This document shows, piece after piece, positions 1-13,000 of a DNA stretch of 64,000 nt (its first letter is position 1; each line of letters starts with the position of its first letter). This DNA comes from Penicillus capitatus (Eukaryota > Plantae > Chlorophyta). The notes under the pieces are model-generated. The model was not told where the DNA came from. It saw nothing but the letters and a program-made list of their open reading frames with translations, and made no database searches. The DNA is taken from the NCBI GenBank assembly GCA_965649825.1, contig OZ287705.1, positions 830,314-894,313 of the forward strand, given 5' to 3'. Position numbers and translations under genes: made by a program.

Positions 1-32
1 TTGCTTGATGTGACAGGCACTGTATTGAACAG

Positions 33-3000
33 TGAAGAACTTGCGGGGAAGAGTAAAAGGAACAAAGACGACAGGAGATGATCCACAACAACCACCAACA
101 GAACAGAAATCTCCCTTGTTGCACAAAAATCTCTCCAGCGATACTCTGCCAGTACAAGAGACAGTCATGATGCGTCCGCACAACTACGAAGCTCCTCCAC
201 AACGATGTAGAATATCAAGCAACACTGATGTGCCACAATGCGAGCGAATGGCTGCCTAGATGGCGACGTGGATGTACGGCATCCACACGAACCACCACCG
301 ATGATCATTAAGATGTCCAATGGAAAAACGGTGGATCATCCTGATGCATACAAGACACATGGACCGGCAGAGTTCTCGACTTCGCCACCCTCTGCATCTC
401 CATGGAGTCCTTCGGCCAGTGGATATCACAATGGGCCTTTTCCTCGGTACTGTTCTCGGGAAAGAGATTTTAAACAAAAATTTGGACGAATGATTAGGCC
501 AACAGATCGCCGACCTGGGTACGGAGCATCGCCCTATCCGTCTCCATGGACAGAAAACGACCCACCAGAAATCAAGAGACCTGTCGAAGTCTGCCGTCGA
601 TTGATGGGTTTTATGGCGACTGACTGTGTTATGGGTGAACAGAGTGCACAGCAGACAGCAACTTACGACAGTTTGCTGAGAGAAGCCCAAACCCTCCGGC
701 GCGATTTGGAAAAAGAATTTAATCTGAATCGTGGATCTAAGGTTTTTTTGTATGGTGTTCTGAGGCATGGGTGCTTACCAATTGCTTTTGACAGGAGGAG
801 GTGACTCAGCAGATAACGGTGACCAAAATCAAAATCGCAGAGGTTCAGAAAACGAAGCCCTCTGCAGAAATGTACGATGAAATAATCGTCACTCTTTCGC
901 AAGAACTCACTGACCTGGAGAAGAAAGTCAAAGAAGTCCGTCCAACAAAGCTCTATCTGCTCATTCTTTTTGGCAACATATGTACGTGTGTGTAGATTGA
1001 GGCGCGTATGTATCCGTTAGACCGGGCCATCTCTGATCTGAAAGACGTCGAGGATTTTATTACCGATCGCGAACTCGACAGCGATGGCGCCGCAATGTTG
1101 TTTGGAGAGATCATGAAGAAGATGTTCGATGATATAAACGTCAGTGGACATGTTTTAACTGGAGAGGCTGCATCTGCTGGTCAGCTGCCCCGGAATGTGC
1201 TGGATGAAATGAAGGTACCCTATTGCCCACTTCTACGTGCAACATAGATACTGGATCTGTTACCTGTCGGCGTAGGGCAAGATGTTGACTGGAGGTCTCA
1301 AGAAGACGGATGAGGGGAGGAGCGCATTTGATCAGGAAGCTGCTGACTGGGTAGAATTCGACACACGAGAGAAACTGACGTCCACTGATGGGTATGAGGA
1401 AAGCAATTTCCGCAAGAGAAGGAACAAGGCTAACTTTCAAAGAGCCTCAAGAAAACTCAGCAATATAACGGAATTCACACAAAGTCGACGGAATCCAGGA
1501 CGAACAGAGGCATTCAAATTTGTCGCCTTTGACCGAGCAGATGCGTTCAGACATGTAGACTACGTTCCAGGTCCAGACGTAGGTGGCAAAGGAATCATGA
1601 TGCCAGCAGCATTGTCTGTCACTTCGGAACAAAAGAGTATGGAAGATGCCCTTGAACAAATGGGTGTTGAGGCATGGATGGGGCTAAATCAGGGAACGGG
1701 TATGACGCCTGCCCCGTCAGAAGTGCCAGAAAGCATGAAGAGCTCCAAAAGCGTTGCAGATTTACAGGCCTTGGAACAGTTTCCAGGTTCTGCTGTGGAT
1801 GCCAGTGTTTCTGACAAGGAAGGTCTCTCAAAGAGCATTCCACATACATCGTCACAAGATTCCAAATATTCGACTGAGAACGCCTCTGAAAGGATGCGAA
1901 TCTCACCCGTGGGTAGTGGAGAAGGGAAACCGCCACTTGGAGTGAGAAGACCTATCCACTCAGCTGAAATCCAAACAGACACACATAAAGAGGCTTCAAG
2001 TCAAGTCGAAGAAGCCGATGACGTCAAGCAACAAGCAAAGGAGCCTGAGAAACCGATTGAAAAGGTCTCCCGTATTGCCAGCTTGGAAACATGCTTGATC
2101 AATGACACGATGTGTCGTCGTGTAGAAACCTTCTGTCGATGAAAAGAAATCTGATGAAGAGAAAGGGGGACTGGCACAAGAACTCACAAACGTGCAACTG
2201 AAGAAACCGTCTGAAGAGCAGCGTGGGCCGCCGCCAGTGGCTCCAGGTTGTGTTCTCATTGCTTGACGTTTGGCTTTTCGTTAAACAGTATGGGTTCTCT
2301 TAGATATGGACTCAGCTGATTTCGCTCTGCTGGCTGCCAGCATTATGGGGCCTCCAGCTGGAGCTACGAAGCCAGCAGATGGCGTTAAATTAGATCTCAC
2401 CGTGGAAGAACCCCCGCCACAACCAAAGAAACCAGCAACAAAACCGCCTCCTCCCCCGCCCAAGAAATCAGCACCCCCTCCTCCGCCGCCAGCAAAGAAG
2501 CGGTCGAATGCCCCACCACCTCCTCCAGGAAAGAAGCCAGGAGGAAAGGCGGGAGGTCCACCACCACCACCGAAGGGCGGACGTAAAGCGGTGGATGGTT
2601 TACAGCGAGCGCCGGAAGTCATTGCCATGTTCCAAGAGATGCGGAAAGCATTGTTGGGTAGCGCCGCCAAGGGATCAGGAGGTCCCAAGAAGATTGGAGG
2701 AGGCGGTTCGGCCGATCCAGCTGCATTGATGGAAGAGCTCGCAAAGAACTCAAAGTATGCAGCACAGGTGCAGGCGGATATTGTCCAGTATAGTTCTCTC
2801 ATTGAAGACCTCATTAAAGAAGTTTCTGGGTTCGATGCATCAGACATGAAAGACATTGTTGAGTTTGTCAAACGTGTGGATGCTTTTCTGGCAGAACTGT
2901 CCGACGAGACTGCCGTATTAAAGCAGTTCGACTGGCCAGCACGATACTATACGATGCTTGAAGCAAAGGGTCTGTATGAGGAACTGGAAAAGATGAAGAA

Positions 3001-3510
3001 GACATTCAAGTCATGGCAGAAAACTACAAAGACAGCAACTGAAGAACTCAAAATCGTACAGAAATTCATGGACAAGAGCAAGAATCGCGTAGATGTCATT
3101 CTACGAACAAAAGACGCCGATGAGAAGAAGTTCAAAGAGAATAAGATTCCGTGGAATGCTAAAATCTACACCGAAGTTAAGATAGCTTCTCTTTCATTGT
3201 TAATTGTGTACATGGATATTGTACTGAGCGAAGTAGAATCGATTATGCAGGCCGCTCCAGAACAACAAGGTCCACAGCGGAGCAAAGCCATTGAAAAGAG
3301 CATGGGATTGCTAACAGGTCGATCTCTCTCTGTCCTCCACAGACTCTCTTGGTCTAATCTCTGTGCTCTGCTGTGACAGGTGCAATCAATTTTGCCTTCA
3401 AGGGGCACCAATTTGCAGGTGGCTTTACAGAAGCATGCAATTCCAAGTTTGCTGATATTGCTTCAAAGACACGGGAATTAAAGTCAGAAGCTGCCAGTGC
3501 GGCCTCTTAA
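33..3510 (+). CDS. CHUP1/IPGA1-like protein: coiled coil, proline-rich region and CHUP1 C-terminal domain; 5' end lies outside the window
   Basis: Spliced by eye (introns 207-259, 742-794, 936-995, 1215-1275, 2065-2125, 2247-2303 and one near 3318-3379). C-terminal motifs RAPEVIAMFQ, LSDETAVLKQFDWP and AFKGHQFAGGF match the plant CHUP1 C-terminus, preceded by poly-Pro. Stop TAA at 3508-3510. Confidence 0.85.
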
Positions 3511-3532
3511 ATGATTCTCATGTGGATCTCCT

Positions 3533-4257
3533 CTATCCACCTGTTATCCCATGTTCTTCTCTCGAATTGGAGTTTTCAGTTTTGTCGCTGTCGAGATTTC
3601 CTGCACGCACTGTGACTCTGTCATCTAGTTCATCTTTTCTGCTTTCATGCACCTTGTCCGACGATGTATTCGATGACAACAGAAATAACTGTGTAATCCA
3701 TCAACAATGAACTTTAAATGCGCGTTTAAGCAATGTGTTGGCTGATGGGTGTCAAGATCTTTATTTAAAGTGTTCATCATAAACCTGAGAAACTTCCACT
3801 GTTTTGCCTGTTCAAGCGGCATTTCGTCGCTTAATGTATGACCAAATGTAGAGTAGAAACGGTCTGGGAATGGCACGGTGGCTGCTCAAGGTAAAATCGT
3901 AATATACACCGGTATCTCTCGTCCATTTCCCTGATCATCGTCTGCAGACGCCACAGCAATACATAATGACATCCGTACTCGAGATCGATCATCATTCCCA
4001 AACTAGTTAGACTAGAGCCAATCTTCGTTACTCGGGAAAGAACCACAATATCTGCAATTGGCCTACGTTGGTGTGCCACCACCACCACTAAGAAACCCCC
4101 ATCACGTGCAACAAGGAAAAGATATACAGATGCATGTCACTTTAAGTAGGCGAACACGAATCACACCGCCGTCGGGCAGTGCGATTCCAATTCTTCTGTT
4201 GTCGGGCAGATAACACTTAGTGATTAGTGAGTGACTGACAGACTGACAGACTGACAT
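3533..4257 (-). CDS. Possible cryptic multi-exon gene, unresolved
   Basis: Protein-like segments (DRFYSTFGHTLSDEMPLEQAKQWKFL; acidic tail ending GITGG*) with short GT-AG intron candidates. No consistent full model was obtained. Confidence 0.3.
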
Positions 4258-4466
4258 AAAAAATAGAGGATGTCCCAAATACAGAATGATTGGGATGAAA
4301 GGGTTTGTCTGACAGAGGAGAGAAAGACCTTTTCATTCCAAACATGTTGGTCATCATCAGCCACAGAGAACCAGACCCTGAAGATGCTGACTGAGATTAA
4401 GAAATTCGAAGTCTAAAGAAAAAAATGGCACTAAAGAAATCTAATCCTACACGCTCTCACAATACT

Positions 4467-6837
4467 CTAATGAAACAAATTTTGTGATGCATCGAAGCCT
4501 AGAGGTAAGTGGAAGGGCTGCACCAAAACATCTTCGGCATCGACGGACGGGCCTAGCTCTGACAAGACAGGAATGACTCCTGTGCCTCCCCTTTGCGTTC
4601 TCTCAAGGTCAAAGGTTAGGGGACCTTCTCTTTGCTTCGAACGGTTGACGTCTCTACTAAAATGCATCGTCTGTACAGGTATGGCTGAATTCGATTGAGA
4701 ATGGCACGGATAGGTTGAGGGGTGCAGAACCACATTCGCCATGTGTCCTGCGTGCCACGTGTTATTTTGGTGGCCAGCATCTTGTTCTTCTTGAAATGCA
4801 AAACCGTCCCCGTCTGTACCGTGAAGTGCTGCTGTAAAGGCACCATGATGCGTCAAATTCTTCAAAGCTATGTCTTCATCGATCATCATTGCACCATTAG
4901 GATCAGAGTCATGAACATTACTGCAGTACAAGGAAACATGACCCTGCTTTCTCTTCACAGTCGCAGTATTTGTTAAGCATTCGCACCTTTGAGGATTGAG
5001 ACCCACATGCAGTCCAGAACTGAGAATGTACGCCAAATTCTCCGATCTGAGGTTGCCGGAAATTGCATTTTGTAGAAGCCAGGAAGGCGGTTCTCCTTTG
5101 TACCCCATTTGCTTCCACACCTTCAGCAACTTTGAAATCTGTCTTGATGGCCAGCGAGTTATTCCATTCCTCCGACATGCTCTTTTCAAAGTGGTTGGAC
5201 AAATGCCTAACCGGCGTGCTGCGTCTTTCAGTCCATGTCCAAAATGTGCCTCGAGATCTCGATAGGTCAGCCTTTTGCCTGCTCCTCCACCTAAACGGTT
5301 TTCCTTCTTTTTCGCTTCGGATCCTTCTCCTTCGTCGTCGTTGTGTTTATGGTGTTCGTTGCAGTAATCGTCGCTGTTTTTGTCGTCATCCATTGTAAAC
5401 TTCATGTCTTCTTTAGGGGAATCGCTGTGCATGTCTTGATCAGCTTTTTGAGCGATTGGCAGGGATGCCCGACATACTCTGACAGCGTCTGTGGGAGTAG
5501 CGCTATTGTGCGAATGCGCTTCAGGAAATTGAATAGTGTTTGCAGAACTGCTGTCTGAAACACATTTTGAGATTTCTGTCCCAAATCCAAGCGCGCCGTC
5601 TATACTCATTGAGTTGTTGACCACGTGGCTACAATAACAATCCCCACCCACCGTATGAGCAACAGAAGACAGAACTGCACAGTGGGTACCTGCTTTGCCG
5701 TTGAAAGACCGTGTACCCTTCATTGAAACGTCCATGAATTGACTGCTCTTCATTCGTCAGTAAGTCCATCCCAATATTCATCAAAAAATCAGAAACTTGT
5801 CTGAAACCTGCATCCACAGATACACTCCCTGTCGACTGCAGGAGAATGCATGGTACAGCATTGATGGACCTGTTTGCATAGCCCTCCCGAGAATGTGCTG
5901 CTTAGAAATGTCTTGTTCGTCTGGATGTTTTTTTGAAAAACCAGAGTCTGCTATGTTGTTGAATGGAACAGAGCAGACCTCCACTGGCCACTTCCGCAGT
6001 CCCAGCTTCCAACTGTCCATTCGCACATTTGCTGTTCTCAATCGCATATAGTCCATTGCTTCTGTAAACAGCTGAATGATGTTTGCGAATTCCACCGATT
6101 TGTCATGATGCGATAACTCCACCACAGCCAAGGCTTTTGGATTATCTCCATCAAAAATTGGAAAGATCAGCGTCGAATGCATTCGACAAAGCTGCGCTTC
6201 ATTAATCCTTAAGTATGCATTCTTATCATACTGTTGAATATCTAAGCACAACTCAGGCTACATCCAAAACAGAACATATCCTATATAGATGGGATCCCCG
6301 CTAATAGGGACCACACTTGTCCATAGTGATAGACACGACCAACAGCACCCATAGAATCTCCATAGGATGGATCAGCATCAAATCTGTATTTGCATGAAAT
6401 GCAGCGAAACAGCGCCATCAAATCCCCAACTCCCGAGATGGAAAAAGGGAGACCCTATCGACTAAGCGATAACGCAACGCCTATTGAATAATGGAAACGC
6501 ATTACCTCTGTCGACAACAACACCCTCCCTCGAGAACAGAGTTCTGGCATCCATATCTGCGACAGCAAAACACCGGTCGGATGTGCGACGGATATTCGAG
6601 GCAAGGGGTCCACTCGTCTGACCCTCAATGTGGACCCGGTCGGTCGGCGCGCCCTTTGAAAGCCGACAGGATGTGGATATGACGTACTTGAATAAGTGCC
6701 CCTGCTTTTGACGACGAGAGTCCGTTGGAAAGTCGCTGAATTGCCTTCTCGAGTCGTTTTGTAAAACCAAGCATGTCATTATTGCCGCTGCTGTTTCTGA
6801 CACAGCTCGTGTCCGTCGGTGGAAAAGAGTGTTTCAT
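4467..6837 (-). CDS. NIT2/NIN-like transcription factor (GAF-like domain + RWP-RK)
   Basis: LTYRDLEAHFGHGLKDAARRLGICPTTLKRACRRNGITRWPSRQI is an RWP-RK domain. PELCLDIQQYDKNAYLRINEAQ...LIFPIFD...LAVVEL matches the NLP GAF region. The start (MKHSFPP, 6837) is inferred. Confidence 0.85.
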
Positions 6838-6994
6838 GATCTCGATTTTAGACGCGCCGAGTGGCTTGAGTTTGGTCAGTTGTGAAGAGCAGATATCCAC
6901 CTGGGCACGGCTGCTTCGCGATAACCTCCGCAGAAAGAAGACGATGTGACACGCTAATGCAAGACAGACAGGTGCCAAACGACATTTCGTCATC

Positions 6995-7461
6995 ATGACT
7001 GCGTGGAAAGCTCTTGCAACGCAGCTGCAGGAACTGCGGTACACGCCATCATCGCCTTGCCTCTTCCTCTACTGTGGCCGTCACCAGTGCCTCTGTGTGT
7101 TAGTGTCCATCTGTGCCCGACCTCGACTGCCAGCCAGGGCGTCAGGTCCGCCCACCTACGACACTGGGACAACGGTTGCAACGGTTATGTATCTGCACAG
7201 AGACTTCATACTTGGTAGTTATGTGGAGATCAAGAAAACGAATCCAGGATTCCCTTTCTTGATCAGAGAAGCGACAGATGTTGAACCGAAGTTTATTGCG
7301 CGCTACGGTACGGATGTTTTTTACACGAACCTCTGAAAATGCAGGAGGTGCCTACAGATCTCGGCGTAGAGAAATCCGTATCTCTGAAAAACAAGAGCGC
7401 TCATCAAGTGGCATCTTCGTTGAAAGATCTCATAAACAAACGTCTCCTCGGAGATGAGTAA
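6995..7461 (+). CDS. NDUFA2: Complex I subunit B8 (NDUFA2)
   Basis: Spliced product [70 protein letters not shown]...; three short introns. Confidence 0.92.
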
Positions 7462-7558
7462 CACATCCATCCCCTCACCATCTCTTTCATGATAGGCCCA
7501 TGAGAATGACAAGACATGGAAGCAGGCAGGAAGGCAGACAGCTGGATGGATTTAAGTA

Positions 7559-7985
7559 TCAAGCATTGTTTGTGTTGTCTGGAGTGTCAGGTTGCTTAAC
7601 ATCTTCCGGGGAACTATCGAAGGGATAGAAAGAGACAAAAGCCTTCTTCCAATTGGTTCGTTTGTAAGGTCTTCCATGACGCATTTTTGTTTTCCCTTCG
7701 ACATTCATCGTCCTCACGCTGCGCACTTTCATACCGTAAACAGATTCCAGGAATCCCTTGATCTCTAACTGATGAATCCCTTCACAGTGATCGATGGAGA
7801 AGAAACAGATGTCGTCGCACTTTGTTGACATCGGGCGTCGTGCGAAAGGCTGCATGTGGCAGCCAACCTGTCTTGACCACTTGCAGCATCTTCTCTGGTG
7901 TCAGCGGCAACAGTCGCAGATCGAGATTCGGGAAATAGGTAGGTAAGCGTCGGCCAAAGCGAAAGACATACTTTCCCTTCACCAT
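7559..7985 (-). CDS. MRPL23: Organellar (mitochondrial-type) ribosomal protein uL23
   Basis: FRTTPDVNK|LEIKGFLESVYGMKVRSVRTMNVEGK...NWKKAFV; one 52-nt intron. Confidence 0.88.
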
Positions 7986-8072
7986 CTCGTCTGCCGCGTG
8001 GCGATGTTCGTGAAATGAATAGACGGTGCGGGCACCGATCATTCACGAAATATCCATCCGTGTCCGTTGCCA

Positions 8073-9989
8073 ATGGCAGAGAATAGCGTTATCGAGAGGG
8101 CCATCCTAGAGACGCTTCACGAAAATGGCATCATTGAAGATACGAATCAGCTGGCAACCTCTCTTGACAAAGAGCACAACGACGTGGTGGGATCCATGAA
8201 GAGTCTTCAGTCCTCTGAAATGATTCTCGTCGAGGCGCGTCAACTGCTTCTCTCTGCCCTTTTGTTAAATGTGAAAGGGATCAGGATATCGATCATTTTG
8301 AGTATATGCTGACCGATGAAGCTAAAGCATACTTACAGATAGGGTCCCCAGAGGCACAGCTCTTTTACGCTATTCCAGAGGAAGGCATTTCCTTGGCACA
8401 ACTCAAAGTTCACAATTCTCACTCTTTTATGGATCATGAGATGCTTTCTTGTCAGACAACGATGGATGCAGCTGTGACAGGAATTGGATTCAACCAAGCC
8501 ATGGCGCAAAAATGGGTCGAGGTGAAGAAAGACAAAGGCACTTCATTGATCTTTCGAAAAGTTGTCAGATTGAGATAGCGCAATGAAATAAGGAATGCAT
8601 TCGTCGATGCAGGTTGAGGCGATCGTGGACAGTGTGAAGGAATGGCTACAGCTTGTGTCCGATGGGAAGGAGATTCCACAGAAAGATGCGACTTTACTAC
8701 AAAAGAAGCGCAAACTTATTACGCCAAGCACATGGAAGACATACAGGTTGCAAAAGGGACCCAAATTTGCATTGACACGATCAAAACAAGCCACGGATCT
8801 CACACATGAAATGCTGCTAAAGTAAGGCTTTCCCTTAGCAAACCCTTCTGTCTGAGTGCTTTGGTAATTGCAGAGGGACATGGAAAGATCAGTCCTTTAA
8901 GGCTTACAACTTCAATGCATTGGGGTTACCCTACCAGGGTGGCTGTCTCCACCCACTACTCAAGGTAACGATGACGATTCCGTTCGTCCTTCTTGAATAT
9001 GGATGCGTGTGGACATCGCGACAGGTCCGGAGTCAATTTCGCAAGATATTCACTCAAATGGGGTTTGAAGAGATGCCTTCCAATGCATATGTGGAGAGCA
9101 GTTTCTGGAATTTTGATGCACTGTTCCAGCCACAGCAACATCCAGCACGCGATGCCCATGACACGTTCTTCTTGACAAAACCTGCTTCGTCCGGCGGATT
9201 CCCCGATGATTACCTCCAGCGTGTGAAAGAGACACATGAAAAAGGCGGATTTGATTCCATTGGGTATGTCATCCACGAATTCGGCGATGGTGTCGAGGTA
9301 CATTCAGGTATGGCTACGCCTGGAAGCTGGCAGAGGCTCAAAAGAATCTGCTGAGAACACACACAACCGCCGTGTCATCGCAGATGCTGTACAAACTGGC
9401 CCTGGAGGGCTTTAAACCGACCCGGTACTTCTCAGTGGACAGAGTCTTTCGGAATGAAGCCATTGATCGAACACATCTAGCAGAGTTCCATCAAATTGAA
9501 GGTATCTCTTCTGCAGAATGTTGGACAGTTCTTGAAGAATCGGGAGATGTCGTCATGTAGGCCTTGTTTGCGACAGAGGTCTGACTTTGGGTGACTTGAT
9601 GGGCACGCTAAGATTGTTCTTCGATCGATTGGGTTTGAAGAAACTCAGATTTAAACCAGCCTTCAATCCTTATACTGAACCAAGTATGGAAATCTTCAGT
9701 TACTCGGAGCAGCTCAAGAAGTGGATGGAAGTCGGTAACTCAGGTATCATCAGCTTATCATCTCATGCATTCCATCCTTTCATGAAATGCTTGCGATGCA
9801 GGGATGTTTCGTCCAGAAATGCTTCGCCCTATGGGTTTGCCTGAAGACGTGAATGTCATTGCATGGGGTCTGAGTTTAGAGCGGCCGACGATGATTCTCT
9901 ACGGAATCGACAACATTCGTGACCTGTTTGGACACAATGTCAGTCTTGCGATGGTGAAGAATAATCCTATTTGCCGACTTGGCATGTGA
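8073..9989 (+). CDS. FARSA: Phenylalanyl-tRNA synthetase alpha subunit, cytosolic
   Basis: [59 protein letters not shown] and [11 protein letters not shown]; eight short introns, the first GC-AG. Confidence 0.97.
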
Positions 9990-10077
9990 AAGAACAACAA
10001 GTACTTAGAAATCGAAATCGATCAATTGATAGGTCCTTTCCTCGTACTACTGATCGATCTCACATTTCAATCGTTTA

Positions 10078-13000
10078 TCACTGCAATGCTGTAAAGACAT
10101 CATTGCCTTCAAGAGCTTCAGCGTAAAGCGATTTCTGCTTAGGTGTGTTTGCTGCACGCTCGTTCGATAGCAGTGTCATGACAGCACCCACAATACTGCC
10201 CCCATGCTCAAAGATATCGATATGGGGTTCACGGATCTGCCAAGGATGTGCATGTACAGTGAATCGACGATGATGATATGTATGACATACCTTCTTCTCC
10301 AAGAGCGATTGCAATTCAGATCGAAGAGCCACAATGACTTCGGCGACTTCGGGATCCGCGTTGAAGAGGAATTTTCCGTTTAGTATAGAGAAATTCCCTG
10401 GATTCTTCGAATCGATCTCCACATCTCCTCCAAACAACAGCAACGCCAAATCCGTTACCATTGTCGAATTTCTAAACATGATGCCGCCTGTCTGCACTTT
10501 GTCTGTGTAAACAAGCCATCGGTGCGGGAAATAATTGGCCGTATTGTTCACAGAGAACATATGAGGCCTTACGGTGCCGTCCTCCAGTGTCAGAAAGGAT
10601 GGTTTCTTGCCGTCGGAGACAATAGCGGCGACACTTGGGAACATTCCAGAACACAGGACCGCACGCAGCAGTTCTAGAGTAGCTGAATTCATACTGTGTT
10701 CATAGATGGCATCTTCCAGAGCATAAAAACTGTATCTCCCAGAAGGGGATCTTGTACGATTTCGATGGGCGTCTTCTGAGATTTTTAGAAATCCAATGTT
10801 GGCCAGGAGTTCTGCAAAGTGTAATCGCATTTTGTCCATCTGATCAAAGCTCTGTGCGATAAAGAAATTCTCTCGACAGTATGTCCACTTGGCTTCCGGT
10901 CCGTAGTTTCGTGCTTCCTTGTAGCCTTCAAATGCACGGAGCAGTGCAATGTGGTCTGAACATGTGTCGGCTGCCAGATTTAGTTTAATGGAATCCACTT
11001 CCTTGCGCATGGCCACAGGTCTCTGAAAAGGATCTTTGACAGTGGAGGCTGCAGCCAATGTCAAGCAAGGATCCAAGCAGCCAAAGATAGCACCCATCAG
11101 AATCATCTTTCCAATGGACGGTTCCACAGGAATATGTGCAAGATGTCTGCCTAATGGCGTCAATTCTTGCTTGGCATCGATCGCCCCAATAAGCCGCAGT
11201 TGCATCATGGCGTTGTGCACTGTTTGAGGGGACGGTGGATTGATGGCGCCTGCCATGAATTCCTGCATGCTCCCAAGTCCCAAACTCTTAATTTGCAAGC
11301 ACAGTTCTGCCAGTGGTGTTCTCATGATCTCAGGAAGCTGGTGATCCAAGAAACACTGTTCATACATTCCCCTTGGAAAGAGGTGATATACATTCCCTGG
11401 CTGAACACGACCGGCTCTGCCCTTTCTCTGAGTACAGGAAGCTTTCGATATCCATGTTGGAAACAGACAGGCGATCTTGTTCAGTGCATCATAGGATTTC
11501 TCTTTGGCTTTTCCTGCGTTCACAACATACACAATGTCGTTGATTGTGATGGAAGTCTCTGCAATGTTCGTAGCAAGCACCACCTTCCTACAGGTTCCAT
11601 CAGTAACATACCGCGGATGCATGGTGACAGGGGCACCTGATACCGGGATCCGGTGTCTTGAATATTTCTTCCTGGCTGACAGATTGAAGAGTGCTGTGCA
11701 GAGGAAGAAGTTTAACCAATGCCGGATTGCCAACAACACTATTGGAGCTGAGTAACTCCGTCATCGTCTGAATATCTTCCCAACTCGTCAAGAAAACGAG
11801 CACGCCTCCTGGTGGTTCATGATTGCAAATCTGTTCGATGATTGCTTCGATCAAGCCATAGTGTAACTGCAGGTCGTGAGTATATGTCACACACCAGACA
11901 AGGCATGCAGGCATACCTTTTCATTTGCACACGACGCCCATGTTCGAATAGAGGAGAACGTGCTCTCTCGGTATCCAATGAAGTCCGATTTTTTTGGAAT
12001 GTAATCAAGCATTGCCGGATTTTCAGTCAGTGACTTCGCCTTCTGATACCACTGCAATTTTCTGTCTTTGTGTCGATCGGATGCAGAAATCATATAGCCT
12101 AAAACAACAACATCCGTCTCCTGGCCCAAAGAAGTCTCCAAGCACCTGTCGATTCAAGCACGTCCTCCAAAAAATGCTCTCGGACAGGATGCATGAATCC
12201 AGGAACGTGAACCGTGGGTGCATTGGAGAAGTACTCAGAGAATGTCTTTGCATCCAGTGTGGCACTCATTAGAATTACTCTCAGATCTGGTCTTTCGGAG
12301 AGAAGGTTGCGCAAAATGATCAGCAGAAAGTCTTCATTCATGCCACGTTCGTGAATCTCATCCACAATCACATGGCTCACATTCTCCAGTCCACGATCGT
12401 GAATGAGTTTTCTCAGCAGTATTCCAGACGTGCAGAACAGCAACCGTGTGTTGGGTGATTTTTGAGACATCATGCGAATCTGGAACCCCACCATATCTCC
12501 CAACATCTCTCCCCGTTCATCTGCGACGCGTTTAGAGACGGACATGGCCGATATGCGTCGAGGCTGTGTGCATATGATATTGGTACTCGCAATACTCCCA
12601 GAGGAAATGGCCTCTTCCAGAAGGAATTGAGGAAGCTGTGTTGTTTTGCCACATCCTGTCTCTCCAGAAACAATCACCACTTGATTGTTGCGAATGAGAT
12701 TCAGAAGCTGCGTCTTGTACTTCCACATCGGCAACGATCGTCGCATCTCATCCATTCTTTGCCCTGACTCTGTTGTCATGAAAAGACTGTGGCCCAGTCT
12801 CAATCTCTGTAATTCCTTTTCTGTGATATCATTCAGAGGTTGAGGCTTGTACTCAGATGCATCGACATCCGTGCTCGGGCGGGTGTATTCATTGTCATCA
12901 CTGTCTGCTTCATCCTCGGCATTAGATCCTATAACATCTTTAAAAGACATCAGATTTGATGGAAGGAAGAAGAAGTGCCGTTGAGTGCTGCTGGCGATTG

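Noticed and set aside
2281-2871. Long antisense ORFs (also 14575-15294, 29615-30214, 23559-24038 and others)
   Set aside because: They are shadows of real genes on the opposite strand and have no independent motifs.
3886-3888. Selenocysteine codon
   Set aside because: No redox motif or known selenoprotein context, no SECIS found downstream, and a normal-sized intron can remove the TGA.
4234-4256. Short simple repeats (GACTGACA x3; also TATG run near 49043-49065)
   Set aside because: Ordinary UTR microsatellites.
6991-6997. NLP and NDUFA2 sharing overlapping start codons (CATCATG)
   Set aside because: The upstream 50 codons on the minus strand look like antisense promoter sequence; MKHSFPP at 6837 is the more plausible start.
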